Positions 9,072 to 18,589 of a stretch of 64,000 nt of DNA are shown here, piece by piece (the first letter of the stretch is position 1; every line of letters starts with the position of its first letter). A program made the position numbers and the translations under genes. The notes beneath the pieces were generated by a model. It was not told the origin of the DNA. It saw nothing but the letters and a program-made list of their open reading frames with translations, and searched no databases. Source of the DNA: Bacillota bacterium (GTDB lineage Bacteria; Bacillota; Clostridia; Peptostreptococcales; Anaerovoracaceae); NCBI GenBank assembly GCA_016302925.1, contig JAEDMR010000001.1:730-64729 (forward strand), read 5' to 3'.

Positions 9072-10667
9072 TTATACGTAGTTGGATGGGTTCACGTTCA
9101 CGCCGTTTTTCTTGATTTCAAAGTGGCAGTGCGGTCCCGTGCTTCTGCCCGTATTTCCTACCAGAGCAATGGTCTCGCCCTGGAATACTTTCTGGCCCAC
9201 GTTCACATTAAGCTGGCTGCAGTGTGCATACAGAGTGGTGAATCCGCCGCCGTGATCGATAATGACGGTATAACCGTAGCTGTAATACCAGCCGGCATAT
9301 GTCACGGTTCCGCCATCCGCTGCATGAATCGGTGTTCCGATGCTGCAGGATAGGTCGATACCGTAATGCATCCGGCCCCACCGATAGCCGTATCCGGAGT
9401 ATACCGCCACATTGACCGGACGGATAAATGTTCCGGTTCCTTTTTTCGGCGGTACCTTCTTCGTTCCCTTTACTACAATCTTGTTCACCGGTTCTGTAAT
9501 GACTTTTTCTTTCAGAACTTCCTTTTCTACGATTTTTCCGTTATGCCGTGTGATTCTGGCTGTGATTCTGGCTTTTCCGTTTTTACCTGCGCGTGTCACA
9601 TACTCTTCGCCTTCATAGTAACTGCTGGATTCCTTGTATTCCGTTTCGTATTTAATTTTCTCCGCATAGGTGGATACTTCCACTGTCTCTACGGTAAGCA
9701 GCGGTACTTCCTGTGATATGACGAATTTATCACCTACATGAAGGGTATCGTTTTCATCCAGATCGTCATTCATGGACTGCAGTTCCTTCAGACTGACGTC
9801 CAGTTTCTCGCAGATACCGGATAATGTATCTCCGGCAACCACTTCATAGGTAACCTCCTGCTGTCCGCCGCTCTTGATCTTATTATAGGCTGCGTTTTTG
9901 CTGGTTACATTGGCCAGAGACGTATTATATGGTTCAATTTCAATTTCCTCTGCGAAACCTGCATATTCATACTCCACATTGTCGTCATTCTCCAAGTAGT
10001 TATCCAGAACCTTGTCCAGGACTTCCTCTGCAATCTTTTCACTTTCCACGACAGCAAGAAGCTCGCCATCCGCATAGATGGCATATGCCTGTGCCTGAAT
10101 ATCACCCATATATGTGAACCGTTTCAGCACGGTATCCGCATCATCAATTTCCTTTCCATAGGAAAAAACCGGTGTAAATGTAATATCTGTTTCCGGATTG
10201 ATGGTAATGCTGGAACCATATTCCTGCGTCAGCTCTTCACTGACCAGATCCAGAATCTCCAGCACATCCTGCTGATCTCTGACGAGACCCAGCGTTCTTC
10301 CGTTATATGCATATTCGTAATCGGTTACCAGTGCGAACGTGGCTATGATGGCAGTTCCTCCGATAAGTGCTATCATGAACAGCTTGATCAGTTCACGACG
10401 ATAGTCGTGAAGCTTCATTCTTCCATCGTGTACTTTTCTGGCAGCAAGAATAAAAGTCTTGCCTGCAATCCAGTCGATGATATCGGCTGTATTATCAAAC
10501 AGTTTCACCGCACCCGCTGCCACATCGATAATCAGTTCTCCGCCGTCCCCGGCAATTTCGCCGACTTCATCGAGAATCTCATCCGTTACGTTGATTAGTC
10601 CTGCACCCAGATCTATAAACAGATCCCGGTCCTTCCTCTGTGGTTTTTTCAGTTTGATTTTTGCCAT
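9072..10667 (-). CDS. Membrane-anchored LysM + G5 + M23 peptidoglycan DD-metalloendopeptidase
   Basis: Start is placed at MAKIKLKK. Domains seen: one TM helix, LysM (YEVVAGDTLSGICEKLDVSLKELQSMN), G5 (TRAGKNGKARITARITRHNGKIVEKEV), and M23 (HYGIDL...GTPIHAADGGTV...HCHFEI). Confidence 0.88.
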   Translation of the reverse strand: MAKIKLKKPQRKDRDLFIDLGAGLINVTDEILDEVGEIAGDGGELIIDVAAGAVKLFDNTADIIDWIAGKTFILAARKVHDGRMKLHDYRRELIKLFMIALIGGTAIIATFALVTDYEYAYNGRTLGLVRDQQDVLEILDLVSEELTQEYGSSITINPETDITFTPVFSYGKEIDDADTVLKRFTYMGDIQAQAYAIYADGELLAVVESEKIAEEVLDKVLDNYLENDDNVEYEYAGFAEEIEIEPYNTSLANVTSKNAAYNKIKSGGQQEVTYEVVAGDTLSGICEKLDVSLKELQSMNDDLDENDTLHVGDKFVISQEVPLLTVETVEVSTYAEKIKYETEYKESSSYYEGEEYVTRAGKNGKARITARITRHNGKIVEKEVLKEKVITEPVNKIVVKGTKKVPPKKGTGTFIRPVNVAVYSGYGYRWGRMHYGIDLSCSIGTPIHAADGGTVTYAGWYYSYGYTVIIDHGGGFTTLYAHCSQLNVNVGQKVFQGETIALVGNTGRSTGPHCHFEIKKNGVNVNPSNYV

Positions 10668-11932
10668 ATTTCTGCCTCTTCTGTTCTCTTTCCTGTGCAG
10701 GTGCACCGGCGTCCGTCCTCGGTTATTCCGGTATCTCTGCAGATTTCGCAGGAATACTTTAAGTCAGTATAGTCAATGGGAAAATCGTTTTCCGTAAGAA
10801 GAACGGCCCGCTCACTTTCCAGCTCCTTCATCTGACGCCGTATGTCTTCGATGTCACTTCGTTTTCCTCCGGAAAGAAGGCTGCGTGAAATATTGCTGCC
10901 CATTTCTGCAAGCATTCTGTCAATCTGCTCGATGCGCGGCAGCTTTTTATAAACCAGTTCCTTTCTTTCCTGCGCTTCCTTTTCTTCCTTCTTTCGAAGG
11001 AATTCGTAGTATCTATTGAGTATAGTCTGTGTGACTGTTATTTTCTTATTTACGTCTCTTCCTTCTTTTCTGGCTTCCTGATACCAGTTTTCCAGTATTT
11101 TATTTACATACCGAAGGTTGGGATTGGAAATGGACACGGTTCGTCCGCATGCCTCCAGCACTCTTTCCAGGCTGAAATGCATTTCATCAAACCAGCGGTT
11201 CATCAGCTCCTTCTCAGCTTCTGTTGCACTTCGATTCATCCCCAGAGACTGAAGGATTCTCTTCTGCATTCCAAATCGCTGATCCATTTCATCCAGATAT
11301 TTCTGTACATCTTCTTTTGTCTGAAATCCCTGCTCGGTCCATTGCATCACGACTCTGGAAATGTATTTTACATTGCTTTTTCCACGGTTCACACAGTAAC
11401 TGTAAGCCTGCCTGATGACTTCCGGCTTCGTGCCCAGATCCGTCAGCCAGCTGTGAATCTCCTGTGCCTCCACCGTGCTTATAGTACGCCCCGTAATCCT
11501 CTGAATATCTGCAAGGAGCGATTTCACATCCTGATTCTGCAGCAGTTCATCGTTTTCCTCTCCATAGGATTCTGTTTCCTCCTGCTCTGCTGTCAGCGGA
11601 CTTCTGTACATCTGCTCCCTCAGATGCAAAAACTCCACGTCATAGTTCAGTCGGCAGGCGTTTTCCTTCTCTTCAAAACGGGGATGCTTTTTCACAACCC
11701 CCATATCCGCCCAGTAAGTCCATGCCTGATCCACCTGATCCAATGACAAGCACAACTGGCGGGCCAGGGTTTCATGACTCATTTCTTCCCTCTGCTGCGC
11801 ATACATAAATCCGAACAGGTAGACCTTCACGTGGTCCCCCGGCGCACCCGGCATATATTCATTCAGAAAAATATTTTCAATTTCGCTTGTCAGAAGATAA
11901 AAATCCTTTATCTTTCCCTTGATATAATTCAT
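10649..11932 (-). CDS. DnaD/DnaB-type replication co-loader with C-terminal coiled coil and Cys-rich tail
   Basis: Two YxxxIxxxW DDBH2-type motifs (KYISRVVMQW, RYVNKILENW). These are followed by a K/E coiled coil and YSCEICRDTG...RRCTC. A GGAGG RBS is present. Confidence 0.7.
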   Translation of the reverse strand: MNYIKGKIKDFYLLTSEIENIFLNEYMPGAPGDHVKVYLFGFMYAQQREEMSHETLARQLCLSLDQVDQAWTYWADMGVVKKHPRFEEKENACRLNYDVEFLHLREQMYRSPLTAEQEETESYGEENDELLQNQDVKSLLADIQRITGRTISTVEAQEIHSWLTDLGTKPEVIRQAYSYCVNRGKSNVKYISRVVMQWTEQGFQTKEDVQKYLDEMDQRFGMQKRILQSLGMNRSATEAEKELMNRWFDEMHFSLERVLEACGRTVSISNPNLRYVNKILENWYQEARKEGRDVNKKITVTQTILNRYYEFLRKKEEKEAQERKELVYKKLPRIEQIDRMLAEMGSNISRSLLSGGKRSDIEDIRRQMKELESERAVLLTENDFPIDYTDLKYSCEICRDTGITEDGRRCTCTGKRTEEAEIWQKSN

Positions 11933-11950
11933 GTAGGGCCTCCGTCAGCT

Positions 11951-12142
11951 TTATTCTGTCGCCTCATTCAGCGCTGCCAGAAGGCATTCCAATCTGACGC
12001 CGTGTCCTTTTGCTGCCTCTTCCAGAGTTTCACTTTCCGCTCCCGGACAGCCTGCGCATGTCAGCAGAAATTTTTCGAACACCCGGCCATACTGCTGCCC
12101 CATATTCAGAACTTCAATAACGGTCATCTCTTTCGTAATCAT
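11951..12142 (-). CDS. DUF1858 / hybrid-cluster-protein-associated redox disulfide domain protein
   Basis: 63 aa: MTVIEVLNMG...FEKFLLTCAGCPGAESETLEEAAKGHG, including the CxGC motif. An AGGAG RBS is present. Confidence 0.65.
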   Translation of the reverse strand: MITKEMTVIEVLNMGQQYGRVFEKFLLTCAGCPGAESETLEEAAKGHGVRLECLLAALNEATE

Positions 12143-12175
12143 CGCTGCTGCTCCTTTCCGCTTGCGCTTTCCGAT

Positions 12176-13495
12176 TTACAGTGCTTTATCGCTGAATTTC
12201 GTGTATCGTTCAACCCACGTCAGTTCTACTTTATCCGTAGGTCCACTTCTGTGCTTGGCTACATTTACTTCGCAGATTCCGTGTTTGTCGCTGTTATCCG
12301 GATTGTAATAGTCGTCCCTGTAAAGGAAGATGACAATATCCGCATCCTGTTCTATGGAACCGGATTCCCGCAGATCGGATAGAATCGGCCGGTGATCCTG
12401 CCGAAGCTCCGGAGCCCGTGACAGCTGAGACAGAACAATGACCGGACAGTCCATCTCTCTGGCCAGCAGCTTCAAATGTCTGGAAATTGCCGAAATCTCC
12501 TGCTGACGGCTGTCCGCTTTTCCGTCAAACTGCATCAGCTGCAAATAGTCAATCACCACCAGATCCAGTCCGTGCTCCGCTTTCAGTCGGCGGCATTTAT
12601 TTCGCATTTCCATAATAGAAATGCCCGGTGTATCATCGATAAATATTTTCGAGCTGTGAAGCTCATCCAAGGCCATATTCAGTCGGTCCCAATCCTTACG
12701 GTCCAAGGTTCCGGTTTTCAGCTTCTGCATCTCTACTCTGGCCTGTATGGCAAGGAGCCGCTGTCCCAGCTGCTCCTTCGACATTTCCAGACTGAAAATC
12801 AGTACGGAAGATCCTGCCTTTACTGCCGTCTGCTGTGCGATGTTCAGTGCAAAGGCAGTTTTTCCCATAGCCGGCCGTGCTGCCAGTATGATCAGATCCG
12901 AACGATGAAGTCCCGATGTCAGTTCGTCCAGATCCTTGAACCCTGTAGGAATTCCTACTACTTTACCTTGATTCTTTGATGCCGCATCAATGATTTCCAC
13001 ATTTTTCAGCAATATATCCTGTATCTGGGTGTAATCGTTTTTCTGACGCTTCTGACCAATCTGAAAAATTCCCGCTTCTGCGAAGTTCAGGACTTCCTTC
13101 GCTTCATCCTTCCCTTCGTAGCCCTTGTTCATGATTTCTTCGGCTGTATTGATCAGCTGACGGAGAGCTGCTTTTTCGGAAACGATTTTCGCATATTCTC
13201 CTGCATTTACGGTAGACGGCACTGCTGTTGTGAGTGTCGCGATATATGCTCTGCCTCCCACCATGTCCAGTGCTTTCTTTTTTTTCAGTGTTTCACACAC
13301 CGTCAGCATGTCTACCGGTGAATTTTCTCTGTACAGATCCATGATTGCCTTGTAAATCTCCCGATGATTTTCGTTATAAAAATCATCGGCAGTTACTTCT
13401 TCAATCACATCATACAGTGCGTCTTTGCTGAGCATGGACGCACCGAGTGCGCACCGCTCCGCTTCCTCATTATGGGGCGGGATCCGTTCTACCAT
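12176..13495 (-). CDS. dnaB: Replicative DNA helicase
   Basis: 439 aa: PPHNEEAERCALG, Walker A ARPAMGKTAFALN, IDYLQLM, SQLSRAPE. rplI-dnaB synteny. Confidence 0.97.
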   Translation of the reverse strand: MVERIPPHNEEAERCALGASMLSKDALYDVIEEVTADDFYNENHREIYKAIMDLYRENSPVDMLTVCETLKKKKALDMVGGRAYIATLTTAVPSTVNAGEYAKIVSEKAALRQLINTAEEIMNKGYEGKDEAKEVLNFAEAGIFQIGQKRQKNDYTQIQDILLKNVEIIDAASKNQGKVVGIPTGFKDLDELTSGLHRSDLIILAARPAMGKTAFALNIAQQTAVKAGSSVLIFSLEMSKEQLGQRLLAIQARVEMQKLKTGTLDRKDWDRLNMALDELHSSKIFIDDTPGISIMEMRNKCRRLKAEHGLDLVVIDYLQLMQFDGKADSRQQEISAISRHLKLLAREMDCPVIVLSQLSRAPELRQDHRPILSDLRESGSIEQDADIVIFLYRDDYYNPDNSDKHGICEVNVAKHRSGPTDKVELTWVERYTKFSDKAL

Positions 13496-13540
13496 AGCCT
13501 TACTCCATTCTGTTTACCGATTCCGGTTTCATCTGTTTTC

Positions 13541-13987
13541 CTATTCTGCTACAATGATTACCTTCAGTGTCGTAGTGACCTCCGGATACAGTTTCATTGC
13601 GACTTCCATTTCACCGGTCTGTTTAATCGGGCTGTCCAGCTGGATTTTTTTCTTGTCCACGGTCAGCTTATGCTGTGCCTTCAGTGCATCTGCAATATCC
13701 TTTGATGTTATGGATCCGAAAATTCTGCCGCCGTCCCCTGCTTTTGTTTTTATCGTTACGGATAGTGTCTTGATTTTCTCTGCCTGTGCCTGTGCAGCTG
13801 CTTTTTCTTCTGCTTTCTTTTCTGCAGCGATGGCTTTCTGTTTCTCCAGGCTTCGAACATTTCCTTCCGTGGCTTCGGTCGCCCAGCCTCTCGGGATCAG
13901 CATGTTTCTTGCGTATCCGTCGCTGACCTTCACCACATCTCCGGCTTTTCCGGTTCCCTTTATATCTCTGTTAAGAATTACTACCAT
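13541..13987 (-). CDS. rplI: 50S ribosomal protein L9
   Basis: MVVILNRDIKGTGKAGDVVKVSDGYARNMLIPRGWA is the canonical L9 N-terminus. Confidence 0.97.
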   Translation of the reverse strand: MVVILNRDIKGTGKAGDVVKVSDGYARNMLIPRGWATEATEGNVRSLEKQKAIAAEKKAEEKAAAQAQAEKIKTLSVTIKTKAGDGGRIFGSITSKDIADALKAQHKLTVDKKKIQLDSPIKQTGEMEVAMKLYPEVTTTLKVIIVAE

Positions 13988-15767
13988 TTAACATTTCCTC
14001 CATGATTTTAATAATTATTTCTGCCGCTTCTTTTTTCGGCATATCTACCTGTGCAGCAGCTGTAGTCAGATGTCCCCCGCCGCCAAATTTCTCCATTGCC
14101 ACCTGTACATTGACTGCGCCCATGGATCTTGCGCTGATTACAGTCCTTCCTTCTCCATTGACGCCGATGACAAACGAGGCTTTTACTCCTTTCACGGTCA
14201 GCAGCTGATCCGCTACCTGCGCACAAATGACCTGTTCATCTGCATGGGGTTGATCGCATATCGACAGTGCCACACCGTTTTCAAGAAATTTTGCAGAAGC
14301 CAGTGCTTCCGCATTGATCCGGAAGCTAAGCACATCCTTCTGGAAAAACCGCTTTACCTCTGTGGTATCTGCACCCTGCCGTCTGAGCCATGCCGCTGCT
14401 TCAAAGGTTCGTACACCTGTTTTCATGGCAAACCCGTTTGTATCTACGGTCATTCCGGCCAGAAGGGCTTCTGCTTCCAGCTTCACTAGGCTTTTTTTAC
14501 TTGCCATGTACTGCAGAATTTCTGCCACCAGTTCACATGTGGATGATGCGTACGACTCCATATACGCAAGCGTAGGATTCTCGATGAATTCTTCCATCTT
14601 TCGATGATGGTCGATTACAACGATTTTATCGGTCATCTCCAGCAGCTTCGGGCATTGGGTCATGCTGGGACGGTGGGTATCCAGAACAATAATCAGGCTT
14701 TCTCCATCTACCTGACTCAAGGCTTTTTCACTGGTAATCAGCTGATAGTTCTCACTCTGCCTTGCCTGCAGATAAATGCTCTGCAGTGCTTCGTTATATT
14801 CATCTATGACAATACTCGCCTTTTTCTCGAAAAGTTCGCAGAACCGTGAAATGCCAAGGGCTGCACCAAAGCAGTCCATATCCGGATTCTGATGTCCCAT
14901 GATAAAGACCTTTCCTGCCTGCACCACAAGCCGCTTCAATGCATGACCGACAATTTTCGATTTCCCCTTGTTGCTCTTTTCTACTGTCTGCAGCTTTCCG
15001 CCGTAGTACTCGATCTTCAGGTTCCGTTTCACTACAGCCTGATCTCCGCCACGCCCCAGTGCCAGATCCAGAGCCGCATCCGCATACTCTTCTGTCTGTG
15101 ATGGATTTCTGCCTCCTACCCCTACACCTATACTGAGGCTCGCAGGAAAGTCCGCTCCGGTCTCCACATTCCGGATTTCATCCAGAATATCAAATTTATT
15201 ACTGATAAGACGTTCCAGATACTGCTGCTCAAACCATACCACATATGCGTTGTTTCTCACCTGGTTGACAGACGCATTGACTTTTCCGCACCATCGGCGG
15301 ATCAACCTGTCAATTTCACTGGAAAGAATCAGTCTCTTTTCTGTGCTCGTGCTTGAGACCAGTTCATCATAATTGTCCACCTGAATTTTAGCCATGCATA
15401 TTTTTTCGTTATTATATCTGTCTTTCAGATCCTCAAGCCCTGTTACATCATTAAAGACAATGGTCAGATCGCCATCATCCTCACCCTTCACGTCAGAGCC
15501 CTTCTGCAGCATGAGACGAAATATCTTGTCATTTCGCTTCAGCAGCGGATGCTGATCCTTTTCGGCTGCCTCATACAGATCTGCCGCACGAATCCCGGTC
15601 AGGGCGAAAATATCGCCGCCTCCGATTCCGTCATAGAGGAATACCTCGCCGATCCTGCTGTTGGCTTCCACAACTTTTCCCAGCCTGTTAATAATGCAGA
15701 CAGGCATCGGAATATATGAAGAAATGATCTTTTCAAGTCTCCGTTCAGACATGGTTTCCTCCTCCAT
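13971..15767 (-). CDS. DHH/DHHA1 phosphoesterase with PAS-like and degenerate GGDEF-like regions (GdpP-like, no TM segment)
   Basis: HQNPDMDCFGAA (DHH motif I), VLDTHRP, VIDHHR, and C-terminal GGGHLTTAAAQ (DHHA1). It occupies the yybT position upstream of rplI. The true start may be MSERR (15752), which follows GGAGGAGG. Confidence 0.8.
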   Translation of the reverse strand: MEEETMSERRLEKIISSYIPMPVCIINRLGKVVEANSRIGEVFLYDGIGGGDIFALTGIRAADLYEAAEKDQHPLLKRNDKIFRLMLQKGSDVKGEDDGDLTIVFNDVTGLEDLKDRYNNEKICMAKIQVDNYDELVSSTSTEKRLILSSEIDRLIRRWCGKVNASVNQVRNNAYVVWFEQQYLERLISNKFDILDEIRNVETGADFPASLSIGVGVGGRNPSQTEEYADAALDLALGRGGDQAVVKRNLKIEYYGGKLQTVEKSNKGKSKIVGHALKRLVVQAGKVFIMGHQNPDMDCFGAALGISRFCELFEKKASIVIDEYNEALQSIYLQARQSENYQLITSEKALSQVDGESLIIVLDTHRPSMTQCPKLLEMTDKIVVIDHHRKMEEFIENPTLAYMESYASSTCELVAEILQYMASKKSLVKLEAEALLAGMTVDTNGFAMKTGVRTFEAAAWLRRQGADTTEVKRFFQKDVLSFRINAEALASAKFLENGVALSICDQPHADEQVICAQVADQLLTVKGVKASFVIGVNGEGRTVISARSMGAVNVQVAMEKFGGGGHLTTAAAQVDMPKKEAAEIIIKIMEEMLNGSNS

Positions 15768-15918
15768 TTATTATATCATACCCGGCCTTTCTCCTCCGTG
15801 TTGATTCTGTGATAATCCTGCCACAAAACTTTTTGCAGGCGGTTTCCTTTTTCGAAAGGCACTTCTATATATTCTACCACATTTTCTTTTGTTTTTCATC
15901 TACAAGATGTAGTAGGAT

Positions 15919-16452
15919 TTATCGAATTTCCAACTTTCCTCCACATTTGCCGCATCGGTATCTGTCAGTATTTACCACAAGTGGACATCGACGTTTTCTT
16001 GTTATTTCCATTCCACAGTTCATGCATACGATTCTGTAATGAATCTCTTCTCTGCTCCCGGGATCCTTCAGGCCGAAAGATTCATACCGTGAAGATGGCT
16101 CTATTTCATACCCATACTTTTGATTCAGCTTCCCTGCATATTGTTTCCACCGTTTTCCGTGGTTCATGCATCCATAACAGGTGTGAATCAGTTCATGCAG
16201 CAAAACGGTTTCTATTGCTCTGTCGTCTGCGTTCATCATTCTTCCGCTGATTTCAATCTCGAACTTTGGATTCATTTTTTTCACTCCCTGCACTTTTCTG
16301 CAGCTTCCGAACCGACTTCGTATTCCGTCATTGATTTTTAACCCGATAATTCCTTCAGAAACAGGAATTTTTTCACTTCGAAGCACTTCCCTGCATTTCT
16401 CCAGCAGATGTTCGGCTCTTTCCTGCCTTTTTTTCTCTTCGATTTTATTCAT
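15919..16452 (-). CDS. SprT-like zinc metalloprotease-domain protein with C-terminal zinc ribbon
   Basis: HELIH zinc motif (LLHELIHTCYG), plus CMNCG...CGKCGG. Confidence 0.6.
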   Translation of the reverse strand: MNKIEEKKRQERAEHLLEKCREVLRSEKIPVSEGIIGLKINDGIRSRFGSCRKVQGVKKMNPKFEIEISGRMMNADDRAIETVLLHELIHTCYGCMNHGKRWKQYAGKLNQKYGYEIEPSSRYESFGLKDPGSREEIHYRIVCMNCGMEITRKRRCPLVVNTDRYRCGKCGGKLEIR

Positions 16453-16494
16453 TTACCTCTTCTCCGTATGTATCGGCTCTGTTTCATTACTGTC

Positions 16495-16526
16495 GAAAAG
16501 AGGGTCTCTTTCCGGAGACCCTCTGT
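16495..16526 (-). terminator. Rho-independent terminator after the DUF1294 gene
   Basis: Perfect 10-bp stem AGAGGGTCTC/GAGACCCTCT (16499-16508 / 16515-16524), followed on the minus strand by TTTTC. Confidence 0.75.
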
Positions 16527-16539
16527 TATTCTATTTACT

Positions 16540-16824
16540 TTACATCAGATATCCTATCAAGATGCATACTGCCAGATTGAACACCAAGGCCACCGGAACC
16601 AGAATTCGGAACTTCCACTTTTTCGTCTTGTGATGAAAGACCAGCATTCCTGCACCGCTTCCCGCAGCTCCCATGACAAAGGCTGATATAAGAAGAGTTT
16701 TTTCACTGATCCGTTTTTTTCCTTTTACTGCTTTTCTTTTATCCAGCCCCATCTGAAAAAAGGTAATCAGATTCCATATAGCCAGGAGCACTATTACCCA
16801 TAACAAAGGTTTCATGTGAAACAT
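16540..16824 (-). CDS. DUF1294 small membrane protein
   Basis: LDKRKAVKGKKRISEKTLL...GAAGSGAGMLVFHHKTKKWKF is the typical DUF1294 pattern. Confidence 0.75.
   Translation of the reverse strand: MFHMKPLLWVIVLLAIWNLITFFQMGLDKRKAVKGKKRISEKTLLISAFVMGAAGSGAGMLVFHHKTKKWKFRILVPVALVFNLAVCILIGYLM
16808..16823. promoter_or_regulatory. parS-like site (2 mismatches)
   Basis: GGTTTCATGTGAAACA compared with the palindromic consensus TGTTTCACGTGAAACA. It lies 8 nt beyond the spo0J stop and overlaps the DUF1294 start codon. Confidence 0.55.
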
Positions 16825-16830
16825 CTCCCT

Positions 16831-17733
16831 CTATCCCAGTTTTTTCAACAGTTCAATGAGTCGATTCAATTCATCCCTGCTAAAGCACTCTATTTCTATT
16901 TTTCCTTTTTTTCCTTTTTCAACGATGCTCACTTTCGTTCCAAGTATCGTTTTCAGTTCCTCCTCCACACGAAGCGTGTCTGGATTTTTTTGTTTCTGTA
17001 AAGGTTTCTTTTTCGGTGCTTTTCCCAGTTCACTGACCAGCTTTTCTGTCTGCCGGACAGAAAGACCTTCTTCTATGATTTTATCACACAGCTGGCGCTG
17101 CAGGTTTCCATCCTCTACAGTAATCAGTGTTCTTCCATGTCCGGCAGTAAGCTCTCCTTCTGATACCTTCAAACGTATATGATCAGGCAGCTTCAAAAGT
17201 CGAAGAGAATTCGTGATATACGGTCTGCTTTTTCCCACACTCTTCGAAACCTGCTCCTGCGTCAGTCCAAATGTGCTGATCATCTGATGCAGTCCCTCTG
17301 CTTCTTCAATGGGATTCAGATCCTCTCTCTGCATATTTTCTATAATTGCGATAAGCATGTTTTGCTCGTCACTCAGTTCCCGGAGCAGGCATGGTACTTC
17401 CGACAGTCCGGCTTTCATGGCCGCACGCCATCTTCTTTCACCGGCTACGATTTCATAGCCTTTCTGTTTCTTTCTTACGACAATCGGTTGTATTATACCG
17501 TGTTCGCGGATGGAATCTGCCAGTTCTTCTATTTTTTCTTCCGGGAATGTCTTTCTTGGCTGGTTCACATTGGGCATGATTTCGTGGATACCGATATAGT
17601 TCACTCTGTCTTCTGCCGGAATATCCGCTATGCCCTTCTCATCTTTTTTCTCTTCTTCCGGAGCAGTGACCGGCACATCCGCAAACAATGCATCCAATCC
17701 TCTGCCTAGTCCTCCCTTTTTTGCTGCTGCCAT
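16831..17733 (-). CDS. spo0J: Chromosome partitioning protein ParB/Spo0J
   Basis: NPNQPRKTF, IIQPIVVRK...YEIVAGERRWRAA, and an HTH (QEQVSKSVGKSRPYITNSLRLLKLP). Confidence 0.95.
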   Translation of the reverse strand: MAAAKKGGLGRGLDALFADVPVTAPEEEKKDEKGIADIPAEDRVNYIGIHEIMPNVNQPRKTFPEEKIEELADSIREHGIIQPIVVRKKQKGYEIVAGERRWRAAMKAGLSEVPCLLRELSDEQNMLIAIIENMQREDLNPIEEAEGLHQMISTFGLTQEQVSKSVGKSRPYITNSLRLLKLPDHIRLKVSEGELTAGHGRTLITVEDGNLQRQLCDKIIEEGLSVRQTEKLVSELGKAPKKKPLQKQKNPDTLRVEEELKTILGTKVSIVEKGKKGKIEIECFSRDELNRLIELLKKLG

Positions 17734-17734
17734 T

Positions 17735-18505
17735 CTACTCTTCCTCCAGCTCTAAGAATTCTTCCGCAAAATCCATATATGCTTCTGCACCCTTGGATTT
17801 CGGATCATATTCTGTAATCGGCATTCCATAGCTCGGTGCTTCTGCCAATCTGACGTTTCTTGGAATAACCGTGGAGTATACTTTTCCTCCGAAATATTTT
17901 TTCACTTCCTGTACCACCTGCAGCGACAGGTTTGTTCTTCCGTCAAACATGCTAAGGATTACACCCTGAACGGTCAGTTTTGGATTCAGGCTTTTCTTTA
18001 CCAGCTCTATGGTACTTACCAGCTGGCTTACTCCTTCCAGTGCATAAAATTCGCACTGAATCGGAATCAGCACACTGTCCACTGCAGTCAGCGAGTTAAT
18101 AGTCAGCAGTCCAAGTGACGGTGGGCAATCGATAAAAATATAGTCATACATATGACGAATCTTATCAAGCCCTTTCTTCAGGGAAATCTCTCTTCCCTTC
18201 ATCTGTACCAGTTCAACCTCTGCACCTGCCAGATCCACGCTTGCCGGAATCAAATCCAGATTTTCCACAGTTGTCTGGATGATAGCTTCTCTCGGATCAA
18301 AATTTTGATCTACCAGAATATTATAAACCGTTTTTTCCAGATTTTTTTTCGATATTCCGATACCACTGGTGGTATTCCCCTGCGGGTCGATATCCAATAT
18401 AAGTACTTTCTTCCCTTTGATTGCCAGGCAAGCTGCCAGGTTGATATTTGTTGTTGTTTTCCCTACTCCGCCCTTTTGATTAAATATTGCAATTGCTTTT
18501 CCCAA
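17735..18505 (-). CDS. soj: Chromosome partitioning ATPase ParA/Soj
   Basis: Deviant Walker A (AIFNQKGGVGKTTT). ParA family, located immediately upstream of spo0J. Confidence 0.95.
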   Translation of the reverse strand: MGKAIAIFNQKGGVGKTTTNINLAACLAIKGKKVLILDIDPQGNTTSGIGISKKNLEKTVYNILVDQNFDPREAIIQTTVENLDLIPASVDLAGAEVELVQMKGREISLKKGLDKIRHMYDYIFIDCPPSLGLLTINSLTAVDSVLIPIQCEFYALEGVSQLVSTIELVKKSLNPKLTVQGVILSMFDGRTNLSLQVVQEVKKYFGGKVYSTVIPRNVRLAEAPSYGMPITEYDPKSKGAEAYMDFAEEFLELEEE

Positions 18506-18589
18506 AGTAGTCGTCCCTCCTGTTTAAATTGTCTAATTGCTGACAGGTAATATTATATAATACTTTCAGATTTATTTCTACTGATTTTG

